Shown here piece by piece: positions 51,877 to 59,923 of a stretch of 64,000 nt of DNA (positions are counted from its first letter, which is position 1; the number at the start of each line of letters is the position of its first letter). A program made the translations under genes and the position numbers. The notes beneath the pieces were generated by a model that worked only from the letters and a program-made list of their open reading frames with translations, ran no database searches and was not told the DNA's origin. The DNA comes from Candidatus Levyibacteriota bacterium (GTDB taxonomy: Bacteria; Patescibacteriota; Microgenomatia; Levybacterales; UBA12049), in the NCBI GenBank assembly GCA_038253825.1, contig JBBSGT010000003.1, positions 463 through 64,462 on the forward strand. Reading direction: 5' to 3'.

Positions 51877-51950
51877 ATACACACAATATCTCATAATAAG
51901 AAATATTCTATGTAGAATTCTTCTAAATATTGACCCATAGTATTGAAAAA

Positions 51951-51971
51951 GTTGACATTTTATGGTATAAT
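51951..51971 (+). promoter_or_regulatory. Promoter: TG-extended -10 (TGGTATAAT, 51963-51971) with an upstream TTGACA (51951-51956)
   Basis: Seen directly in the sequence. The TTGACA is too close (9-nt spacer) to be the cognate -35, so the extended -10 is the main signal. It sits at the start of the longest non-coding stretch in the window (51877-52379). Confidence 0.4.
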
Positions 51972-52107
51972 TACGCCAGTTTTATAGCTACATTGCGATA
52001 AATATAGCTTCGCAGCTTTAGTCGCTAATAAAACGTTTTTGTCGCACATTACCAAAACTTATAGTGACATTGCAGACTGAGCAAAGTCTAACCTTATGGA
52101 AGTCTTC

Positions 52108-52323
52108 ATGACTCTCCTAGAGGAATGTCTACTATTAGCAGAAAGGAGGAGAAATTGTCCATTAGAAGTTTAATTTGTTGGATAATAATATTCGCTGGAT
52201 CGGTTTTTATATGGGTATTTACTTACGTCAAGTGGTTCTAAAACCACCCATCTTCCTTTAGGGATCATCAAGATCTCTCTAGGAGAATATGTCTGCCTAG
52301 CAGAAAGGAGAAGAATTTTGGTT
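52108..52323 (+). repeat. Two imperfect direct copies (about 50 nt, about 80% identical) of an SD-containing leader element, at 52108-52160 and 52272-52323
   Basis: Copy 1 'actctcctagaggaatgtctactattagcagaaaggaggagaaatt' and copy 2 'atctctctaggagaatatgtctgcctagcagaaaggagaagaatttt'. Copy 1 carries AGGAGG 5 nt before a 28-codon hydrophobic ORF (TTG 52155..TAA 52241). Confidence 0.4.
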
Positions 52324-52379
52324 TGAAGGCCGAAGTCAAGTTTTGATCTGTCAGATTTTCAAATCATCTGGAGGTAGAA

Positions 52380-52877
52380 GTGTCTTTTCAGAAAGTTCTT
52401 GTCCGAGCGGGAATTGCACTAGGTGTAGTTCTCTCAGCAGTCTTACTGTTGTTTTTCATCGCCCCTCAAGGTGAGGCTGTAACTGTGAGCAATCAGCAAT
52501 ACAGTATTAATGTCTCAGCAACGAGTGGATGGCAAGGAGCAATACTCATTCCTGCGGGGTTCCGTTATTCAATTTCTGCACCACAAAGTGGTCAGTATTG
52601 GACGGTCGATTACAGATCCCTCGGGAAGACAGCAGCATTCGGGTATCCTGAAGGACAGGTTTGGGGAGGTAATCCTTCATGCAAGTACGCACAGGGGGAT
52701 CCCTATGCGATGTTGTTGGTCAAGTTCAACGGTGATGTACAACGCTACGATGATTTCGATGGTTTGTCCTCATCGTTTGACCGAGTCGTGTCGTTCCGCA
52801 TCAACGATGCCAACAACTGTCTGGAAGACAACGCAGGAGCACTTCCTGTCACCGTTACGGTAACCCCAGCTGGTTAA
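52380..52877 (+). CDS. Secreted small protein (Sec signal peptide), possible PA-IL/LecA-like lectin fold (tentative)
   Basis: GTG start preceded by GGAGGT. Signal peptide 'MSFQKVLVRAGIALGVVLSAVLLLFFIAPQGEA'. 165 aa, GC-richer. The mature part shows loose similarity in pattern to the LecA galactophilic lectin (SGW..G, C..A.G...LLVKFNG, FRINDANN...GALPVTVTV). Confidence 0.45.
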   Translation: MSFQKVLVRAGIALGVVLSAVLLLFFIAPQGEAVTVSNQQYSINVSATSGWQGAILIPAGFRYSISAPQSGQYWTVDYRSLGKTAAFGYPEGQVWGGNPSCKYAQGDPYAMLLVKFNGDVQRYDDFDGLSSSFDRVVSFRINDANNCLEDNAGALPVTVTVTPAG

Positions 52878-52956
52878 AATACCAGACGCATGCGCAACAG
52901 TTAGGAGGTTTCTGACCTTACCAATTTCTCTCACCTTTGGGGGTGATGTGTAAAAA

Positions 52957-53011
52957 GCGGGTAGGTTATCTACTATTGTCTCACAAAGACAAAAATTTAT
53001 AACCTACCCGC
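52957..53011. terminator. Bidirectional rho-independent terminator between convergent genes
   Basis: Perfect 13-bp inverted repeat GCGGGTAGGTTAT...ATAACCTACCCGC (52957-52969 and 52999-53011) with a 29-nt loop that itself contains a TGTCT/AGACA inverted pair. On the minus strand a T-run (revcomp of aaaa 52953-52956) follows the stem. Confidence 0.55.
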
Positions 53012-53030
53012 CCACACACTTTAAAAAAAT

Positions 53031-53669
53031 TTAATGGAATCCGAACATGCCGATTAAGGCTTTGAGGAAAAGAAGAAGAAGCGTTAAGATACTTGTCGCA
53101 TTACTAGTGGATCCACTACTAGGAGTAAGCGAGAGATTTGGAATTATAGGGGAAGGTGATGCTGCAATTGACGCCCCAGGTGAAATACATGAAGCCCCCA
53201 GACATTGTGGACTCGGCACAACAGTCACGGTAGGAGATGGTGATGGTACTTTTGTGGCAATTGGAGCAGGTGAAGTAGCAGGCGCAGGACTTGTCGTCGT
53301 ATTTGTCGTATTGGTAGTCGTGTTTGTCGCAGTTGCTGAACAAATATCACCGACATAGTTTGGATCTAAATAGGTTGTTGCGCCACTTGTATGAGAAGAC
53401 GGTACGACAGACGTAACATCACTTCCACATGGATGCCCCTGATGAGGTGAGCCTCGACTTCCTTTTTCGTAGATTTTATTACTTAGAATATAGAGACAAC
53501 GGGTGTCAGATGAGACTTGCGCCTTTGAAAGGCAGGTTTGTCCGTTGGCATGATATTGCACCACATAGAAGATGACAATATTAACTAAAAAGAGTAAAAC
53601 CCAAATATGAAGACCGTATTCAAATAATACTTTTTTCAATGATACTTTTTTTGCTTTTATTTTTGTCAT
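53031..53669 (-). CDS. Membrane-anchored surface protein, paralog A: N-terminal TM, conserved Cys/His module, C-terminal Thr/Ser/Pro-rich tail
   Basis: 212 aa. The first 130 aa are nearly collinear with the N-terminus of 55144..57015 (FEYGLH.W...CLYIL..K.YEKG.R..PHQGHPCG.DVTSV.P.SHT...YL.PNY.GD.CS). The tail is low-complexity TTTNTTNTTTSPAPATSPAP. Confidence 0.6.
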   Translation of the reverse strand: MTKIKAKKVSLKKVLFEYGLHIWVLLFLVNIVIFYVVQYHANGQTCLSKAQVSSDTRCLYILSNKIYEKGSRGSPHQGHPCGSDVTSVVPSSHTSGATTYLDPNYVGDICSATATNTTTNTTNTTTSPAPATSPAPIATKVPSPSPTVTVVPSPQCLGASCISPGASIAASPSPIIPNLSLTPSSGSTSNATSILTLLLLFLKALIGMFGFH

Positions 53670-53748
53670 TTATGCGTTAACCCCACAATTATAATTAAAG
53701 TAACTATTACAGCAAAAAGCAAGAGCGTAATGGCAACTATTTTATTTA

Positions 53749-55047
53749 TCATATCGAAAATTCCTCAGAATGTATACTGCGATCCTTTACTTTTAATTTT
53801 TTCAACTGGTTTTTCATACTTTTCATCATTGGTGGCGGGCCACAAAGAAAGAAATCATACTTTGTCATATCCCCGACAGTCTGAGCTATTGTATCTGCTG
53901 AAAGCCGTCCCTGGGTTTTGGTGTAAAAAGGAATTATTTGTAAGTTCGGATTAACCTGATTAAATTGTACCAAATTTTCCAGATATGCTGCATCATCTTG
54001 GGTTCTGACTGAATAATAAAGGAAGATATGATATTGTGGATCAGTAAGATTTTGCGCCATGCTCAAAAATGGCACGATGCCAATACCTCCTGCTATCCAA
54101 ACCTGGTTAAGATTTTTGTATAACGCATAGTTAAATCTTCCAAACCCTCCTTCAATGACAGCGATATCTCCCACCTGAATATTTGCGAGTGTTTTAGTGT
54201 AATCACCTTCAGCTTTTGCGGAGATCGTTATACTTCCATCAGGAGCGACCGAGCTAACAGAAAAAGGGTGCGTTTCATTGGATACGGATTGGGATTTGAA
54301 GAAAAGATAAATAAATTGTCCTGAAATAACTTTTATGGCTTTATTAAGAGGCGTCATTGCTATTTCTGTGACATTTGATTTCACCAGCGTAACATTACTC
54401 ACGCTATATTTGGTTCTCCGGACTAAAAATCTTCCACCAATGGTTCTATAGAGATAGGCAACAGTGCCAATGCCGACAATGAACAACATATAGTCTTGAA
54501 GTGGTTTAAATCGAGCAATATCACTGGATACATAAAATCCATGGATCGAACCGATGAGAAATACTGCACCCAAAAATTTATGGGTAAAGCGCCAAATGTG
54601 ATAAGGAATCTTGATAAAAAAAGTCAAAACCAATAGTGAAATCATTAACAGTAATCCCGTTAAGCCAAAATTTATTGACCAATCCGGCCCAGGTAACAAA
54701 AATAACGCGGCAGTATTCCATGAAATAGTAATGCGGCTAAAAGCTAAGAGGAGAGGATGGATAAGCAGGAAAATAAATGAGATACCACCAAGCAGGTGAT
54801 GGGCAATATACACTTTGTTCATACCACCGAAAAAATCTTCAAAAACTTCCATGCGAGAACTCAGGACAAGCGAGAGAGAAAACATTGTTATTCCAACAAG
54901 TCCTGCCATTTCCCCAAAACTGATAAATGTGCCATACGCACTATAAAAACGATCTGATAAAGGAAGCAAGGCAAAATACCAGAACAGGAGAGGAGAAAAA
55001 GCTATCAATAGAAGAATTGGCCAGCCCAGTTTTCGTTTTAGTAACAT
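53749..55047 (-). CDS. NOX/FRE-type transmembrane flavocytochrome (ferric-reductase-like heme domain fused to FAD/NAD(P)H-binding FNR domain)
   Basis: Two bis-His pairs in TM helices (HHLLGGISFIFLLIHP and HKFLGAVFLIGSIHG), FAD motif HPFSVSS, NAD(P)H motif WIAGGIGIVPF and C-terminal CGPPPM. 432 aa, similar in size to compact bacterial NOX proteins. Confidence 0.75.
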   Translation of the reverse strand: MLLKRKLGWPILLLIAFSPLLFWYFALLPLSDRFYSAYGTFISFGEMAGLVGITMFSLSLVLSSRMEVFEDFFGGMNKVYIAHHLLGGISFIFLLIHPLLLAFSRITISWNTAALFLLPGPDWSINFGLTGLLLMISLLVLTFFIKIPYHIWRFTHKFLGAVFLIGSIHGFYVSSDIARFKPLQDYMLFIVGIGTVAYLYRTIGGRFLVRRTKYSVSNVTLVKSNVTEIAMTPLNKAIKVISGQFIYLFFKSQSVSNETHPFSVSSVAPDGSITISAKAEGDYTKTLANIQVGDIAVIEGGFGRFNYALYKNLNQVWIAGGIGIVPFLSMAQNLTDPQYHIFLYYSVRTQDDAAYLENLVQFNQVNPNLQIIPFYTKTQGRLSADTIAQTVGDMTKYDFFLCGPPPMMKSMKNQLKKLKVKDRSIHSEEFSI

Positions 55048-55143
55048 ACCTTTATTGTATGCAATTTATCGGTTCTCAGCAATTTCTTCATTTGTATATT
55101 CGACTTTCTTAATTCTTAGGCTATACTATAATTACGGGCTGTT

Positions 55144-57015
55144 ATGGCTAAAATAAGCAAACATCACAAAAAAAAGCTTACTAAAATCTTTTTTGAGTAT
55201 GGACTACATTTATGGATCGTAGTATTTATCATGAATGTGGCACTGTTTTATGCTGTAAATTTTTACAGTCTAGGAAAAACTTGTATTACTCCGCAACAAG
55301 TCCAATCCGATAATCGATGCCTTTACATCTTAAATGGAAAAGTCTATGAAAAAGGTACGCGTAATGATCCACATCAAGGTCATCCCTGCGGAACTGATGT
55401 CACGTCTGTGCTTCCTCCTTCACATACTAATAATCCGGCTATGTATCTCTTACCCAACTACATTGGAGATGTTTGTTCTGTTCAGCCAACGACTCCGCCA
55501 CCACCCCAACCGACTGCCAAACCAACCAACACTCCCCCCCCTCCTCCGACCCAAGTCCCGGCTCCAACTCGTCAGGCCCCGACGATTGCTATCCCGACTC
55601 CCACTTTTACTCCTACGCCTACGCCACGGCCCCAAGTTGTAGGAGTCACACCAGTATCGACTATAAAGGTTCCTACGCCCACAGTTGCTATTGTCGTAAC
55701 CCGGGCAATTACGCAACCATATACAGCTATTCCAACGAATGCACCATCTCCAACGGTCGCACCATTACTGGGGCCAGGAATCACATTTTCGTTTTCTTTG
55801 CCTGCTATCGGAATCGGCCCAGGTAAGACAACTCCTCTCCATACGACAAGAGCTGTTAATCTTAGTATCTATGATGCTGCAGTTAAGCTCTCGAATTTAA
55901 AATTTTTGCCAACATATACTGCAAGTGCCAGTGCGAACTATGATGCCAATTCCACAAGCGCTACCTATACGCAGTTTGTGGTACAAAGTGCTGATTTGGG
56001 AGCCAATGTTCCGGCTGGTTCCTACCATGTAGCATTTAAAACAAATCAGACGCCGCTTACCCTTATCAAACAAAATAAAACAGATGTACAAGGGACGCTC
56101 TTTCACGTAACTCCTGGTACCATTGCCGCCGAAAAACCCCAAGCAGCAGATATTTTGGTGGGGGATTTAAATGGGGATGATTCTATTACTATTCAGGATT
56201 ATAGTATATTTGTTGATTGCTTCGGTGATAAGTCTTCATCCTCCTCATGCCATGCGCCTAGTGCTGCAGACCTGAATGATGACGGATCAGTGGATGGAGT
56301 AGATTACAATCTTTTGCTCAAAAGTATCAGTATGGCATCTGGTGCCGTCGCGCAAGTACCAACACCAACTGTTCGGACACCGACACCACAGTTAAAGAGC
56401 CAACTCATCAGTACGCCCTCAGCGTCTTCAAGTGGGCTTTCTAAGACGTTACCATCGCCTGCTCCAATGAAGCAATTTGTGACACATCGGTCAGCACCGC
56501 CATCACTTTCTCCGACGACAACTCCAAATAAATCGCTTGTTGCTGATGCAACTATGCTTACATTGAGTAAAGTGCTTTCATACATAGCATTTGTAGTCTT
56601 GTTCGGTGTTGCGGTATTAGGAGCTTACAAAAGTCGGTTATTGAACTCATTCTTCCACCGGGGAGGAGATGCAAAACCTGCTGCACCCCAACCTCAGATG
56701 ACCGCACCAGCAGCACCTACGCAACAACCGCAGCCAGTTCCCGTTGAACAATCACCCGTAGTTCAGGCTCCGCCAGCAGAGAAAAAACAAATTTCAAAAG
56801 TATATTATATTACGAGTGGCACGACAACTCCGGTAAATGGACGCACGATACTGACACTTACTGATGATCAAGGAGCACATGTTGGTTACACGTTACAAAC
56901 TTCCCCGCAAGATGGTTATTATTCGGTAAGTGGTTTTGAGGAAGAAATAGATGGAGTTCCCAGTATTACTATTTTGACACTTACACCGGCTCTAAAACCT
57001 GGTACAAATTTATAA
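55144..57015 (+). CDS. Multidomain surface protein, paralog B: N-terminal TM plus Cys/His module, Pro-rich linkers, dockerin-like double Ca-binding loop, second TM, C-terminal domain
   Basis: The N-terminal 130 aa are paralogous to 53031..53669. 'TPPPPQPTAKPTNTPPPPPTQVPAPT' linkers. 'DLNGDDSITIQDY' and 'DLNDDGSVDGVDYNLLLKSI' fit the dockerin DxNxDGxxxxxD loop-helix repeat. TM 'YIAFVVLFGVAVLGAY'. A Pro/Gln-rich spacer, then a 100-aa C-terminal domain. Confidence 0.6.
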   Translation: MAKISKHHKKKLTKIFFEYGLHLWIVVFIMNVALFYAVNFYSLGKTCITPQQVQSDNRCLYILNGKVYEKGTRNDPHQGHPCGTDVTSVLPPSHTNNPAMYLLPNYIGDVCSVQPTTPPPPQPTAKPTNTPPPPPTQVPAPTRQAPTIAIPTPTFTPTPTPRPQVVGVTPVSTIKVPTPTVAIVVTRAITQPYTAIPTNAPSPTVAPLLGPGITFSFSLPAIGIGPGKTTPLHTTRAVNLSIYDAAVKLSNLKFLPTYTASASANYDANSTSATYTQFVVQSADLGANVPAGSYHVAFKTNQTPLTLIKQNKTDVQGTLFHVTPGTIAAEKPQAADILVGDLNGDDSITIQDYSIFVDCFGDKSSSSSCHAPSAADLNDDGSVDGVDYNLLLKSISMASGAVAQVPTPTVRTPTPQLKSQLISTPSASSSGLSKTLPSPAPMKQFVTHRSAPPSLSPTTTPNKSLVADATMLTLSKVLSYIAFVVLFGVAVLGAYKSRLLNSFFHRGGDAKPAAPQPQMTAPAAPTQQPQPVPVEQSPVVQAPPAEKKQISKVYYITSGTTTPVNGRTILTLTDDQGAHVGYTLQTSPQDGYYSVSGFEEEIDGVPSITILTLTPALKPGTNL

Positions 57016-57043
57016 TTGCGTACTTGCTAACGCTACAAATATT

Positions 57044-57682
57044 TTGTACGATATTTATATGACTAGCTTAGCGCTCCTTTTTGGCCTCATTTGTCTTGTC
57101 CAATTAGTAATGATAATTTTATGGCGCAAACCTAAGAGACTTTTCAAAAACCAAAAGGCCAAGAAATCCGAAATAAGCCATGCCCACATCTTTTTATTTA
57201 TTGGCATGATTTTGTTATACATTCTCTTTTTTATTCAACTCTTTGATTATCACAAGCCACATCCGTTAGTCGACGCGCCTTATGTTCCTACCACCAACTA
57301 TCCTCCGCCTGCTCATAATGTTTTTTCACAACTTGGTGAAAGACAAACAGGTCCGATTGATGATCTGTATTTCCTTTATCTTTCTTCTGATAAATCTCAA
57401 GGGACAGTCACTCAGGTTGCGTGGGGATTGCGACAGGAATATTGTAAAAAACTCTGCATTATTAATCTTTATGATAATAAAACTGCCTTTGAGCGAGATT
57501 TAGAACGAGTGACGATAACAGATCAAGCAAAGATGAAAGAATGGAATAAACAAAACTATGTTTTTGTTGCTGATCATTATCTTGGTTATCTTGATGCGGT
57601 TCAAGATGCGTCTTTTAGCTATTATCCTTTCCATGACAGTTACTACAAACACGCCAAAGCAGGCACACTTACTGATTACTAA
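57044..57682 (+). CDS. Membrane-anchored hypothetical protein (2 TM plus extracytoplasmic domain)
   Basis: 212 aa, two N-terminal hydrophobic helices. No recognisable motif. Confidence 0.4.
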   Translation: MYDIYMTSLALLFGLICLVQLVMIILWRKPKRLFKNQKAKKSEISHAHIFLFIGMILLYILFFIQLFDYHKPHPLVDAPYVPTTNYPPPAHNVFSQLGERQTGPIDDLYFLYLSSDKSQGTVTQVAWGLRQEYCKKLCIINLYDNKTAFERDLERVTITDQAKMKEWNKQNYVFVADHYLGYLDAVQDASFSYYPFHDSYYKHAKAGTLTDY

Positions 57683-57715
57683 AAATTCTTCTCTTATTAC
57701 TGCTATACTTTATGC

Positions 57716-58846
57716 ATGAGAATTGGGATTGATGCAAGGCTGTGGCATGAAACCGGTGTCGGTAGATATATCCGTAATTTAGTATGGCAATTAGAACAGT
57801 TTGACAAAAAAAACGATTATGTTTTATTTGTGCAAAAAGGTTTTACCAAACAAGATTTAGGTATTACCAACGAAAGATTTAAACTCATCGAGACTGACAT
57901 CCGCTGGCATACGGTTGATGAACAATTCCTTTTTCATAAAGTGTTAGAAAACGAACTTTTGGATCTTGTTCATTTTCCCTACTTTTCTGTACCAATTCTT
58001 TACAACAAGCCGTTTGTTATCACAATTCATGATTTGATCATAAATCATTTTCCCACCGGCAAAGCTTCCACATTACCCCTGCCGGTATATTATGCAAAAC
58101 GTTTTGCATACCAATATATTCTCAAACAAGCTGCTAAAAAATCCCGAAAAGTGATCGCAGTTTCAGAAGAAACCAAAAAAGAAATTGTGAAGCATCTGAA
58201 CGTTTTACCGAACAAAGTTGCTGTAACCTATGAGGGTGTTGACGATGAATTAAGTAAAAAGCTAAAAGTGAAAAGTGAAAAGTTACCGTTTGTTTTCAAA
58301 AACCAAAAATATTTTCTCTATGTTGGCAACGCTTATCCACACAAAAATATAGAACGTTTAGTGGAAGCGTTTCGATTGGTCGCAAAAGAATATATTGACG
58401 TGAAGCTTTTGCTCGTGGGGAAAAGCAATTATTTTTATGATCGATTGAAAGAAAAAGTAACGCAAATGGGATTAGAAAAAAGCGTACTTTTCTTGGGTAG
58501 GGTGACTGATGAGGAATTAATTGGATTGTATCACCACGCCGAAGCATTAGTTTTCCCATCCCTCATGGAAGGGTTTGGACTGCCGGGTCTGGAGGCGATG
58601 CAAAATGACTGTTTGGTACTTGCTTCAGACATACCGGTTTTTAAAGAAATTTATCAAGATGCTGCTCTTTACTTTAACCCTCGTGAAATTACCTCAATTC
58701 ATGCTACAATACGGCTAGTTCTTACAGAGAAAAAGAGTTTTTCTCATTACATCGAAAAAGGGGAAAAACAAACTGAACCTTTTTCATGGGAGAAAATGGC
58801 ACAAGAAACTTTACATATTTATGAAAGTAGCGTTGGTTTACGATAG
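57716..58846 (+). CDS. GT4 family glycosyltransferase
   Basis: 'SLMEGFGLPGLEAMQNDCLVLASDIPVFKEIYQDAALYF'. Confidence 0.8.
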   Translation: MRIGIDARLWHETGVGRYIRNLVWQLEQFDKKNDYVLFVQKGFTKQDLGITNERFKLIETDIRWHTVDEQFLFHKVLENELLDLVHFPYFSVPILYNKPFVITIHDLIINHFPTGKASTLPLPVYYAKRFAYQYILKQAAKKSRKVIAVSEETKKEIVKHLNVLPNKVAVTYEGVDDELSKKLKVKSEKLPFVFKNQKYFLYVGNAYPHKNIERLVEAFRLVAKEYIDVKLLLVGKSNYFYDRLKEKVTQMGLEKSVLFLGRVTDEELIGLYHHAEALVFPSLMEGFGLPGLEAMQNDCLVLASDIPVFKEIYQDAALYFNPREITSIHATIRLVLTEKKSFSHYIEKGEKQTEPFSWEKMAQETLHIYESSVGLR

Positions 58847-59903
58847 AATTAATAAATGGGGAGGCGCGGAACGTGTCCTTCTCGCTCTTCACAAGTTATT
58901 TCCAAAGGCACCGGTATTCACCTCTGTTTATTACCCGCAGCATGCTGCGTGGGCAAAGGATATTACCATAAAGCCTTCTTTTTTGCAGCGATTTCCTCAT
59001 GTTGTCGGCAATCATGAATTATATCCGTTTCTGATGCCGTTAGCATTTGAACGGTTTTCCTTCGCAGATTACGATTTGGTGATTTCGCTAACCAGTGAAG
59101 CAGCAAAAGGTATCGTTACCACACCCGGTACCAAACACATTTGTTATTGTCTTACACCCACTCGCTATTTATGGAGTGGATATGAGGAGTATTTTCAAGA
59201 TCAATCGTTTCGAACTTTTACTTCGCCCATAGTTTCTTACTTACGAAAGTGGGATAAAATTGCAGCAAGCAGGCCAGATGTTTATCTCGCAATTTCTCAG
59301 GAAGTGAAAAAGCGTATCAAAGACTACTATAGAAGAGAATCAATGATTGTCTATCCGCCGGTGGATCTTATTAAGAATAAAGAATTAAGAATAAAGAATA
59401 AAGAGGATTATTTCCTGATTGTTTCCCGGTTATCTAAGTTTACCAAATACAAGAGAATCGATTTAGCAGTTCAAGCATGTAATGAATTGAAGTTGCCGTT
59501 AAAGATTATTGGCGAAGGAAGTTGGAAGAAAGAATTACAAAAAATGGCGGGTCCCACCATCACATTCCTCGATAATGTGGATGATAAACAACTAAAAAAA
59601 TATTATTCTCAGTGTCGTGCCTTGATTTTTCCGGCAATGGAAGATTTCGGTCTCACTGTCGTTGAGGCACAAGGATTTGGTAAGCCTGTTATTGCCTATC
59701 GCGGTGGTGGTGCACTAGAAACGATCAAAGAAGGCAAAACAGGTTTATTTTTTGATAGGCAAACCAAAGATTCTCTCAAAGCTGCGCTTGTTCAGTTCAA
59801 TAAAATGAAATTTGATCCAGCGTTAGCGATCAAAAATGCACAACAATTTGATCGGGCACATTTTGAGAAAAACTTTTTAAAACTTGTGCATAAGGTCATT
59901 TAA
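58821..59903 (+). CDS. GT4 family glycosyltransferase
   Basis: 'MKVALVYDRINKWGGAERV' start and 'AMEDFGLTVVEAQGFGKPVIAYRGGGALETIKEGKTGLFF'. 26-nt overlap with the upstream gene. Confidence 0.75.
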   Translation: MKVALVYDRINKWGGAERVLLALHKLFPKAPVFTSVYYPQHAAWAKDITIKPSFLQRFPHVVGNHELYPFLMPLAFERFSFADYDLVISLTSEAAKGIVTTPGTKHICYCLTPTRYLWSGYEEYFQDQSFRTFTSPIVSYLRKWDKIAASRPDVYLAISQEVKKRIKDYYRRESMIVYPPVDLIKNKELRIKNKEDYFLIVSRLSKFTKYKRIDLAVQACNELKLPLKIIGEGSWKKELQKMAGPTITFLDNVDDKQLKKYYSQCRALIFPAMEDFGLTVVEAQGFGKPVIAYRGGGALETIKEGKTGLFFDRQTKDSLKAALVQFNKMKFDPALAIKNAQQFDRAHFEKNFLKLVHKVI

Positions 59904-59923
59904 TATTATAATAGTAGAGAAGT

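Noticed and set aside
53047-53358. 103-aa plus-strand ORF (Gly/Asp/Val-rich) antisense to the Thr/Pro-rich tail of 53031..53669. The same applies to 55334..55826 and 55450..55784 inside 55144..57015.
   Set aside because: Low-complexity repeats give open antisense frames automatically. The sense frames carry the conserved paralogous module.
59375-59412. Short tandem nucleotide repeat 'aagaataaagaatta agaataaagaataaagagg' encoding IKNKELRIKNKED inside the GT4 gene 58821..59903.
   Set aside because: It is an in-frame slippage-type micro-duplication in an AT-rich gene, with no sign of being a separate element.
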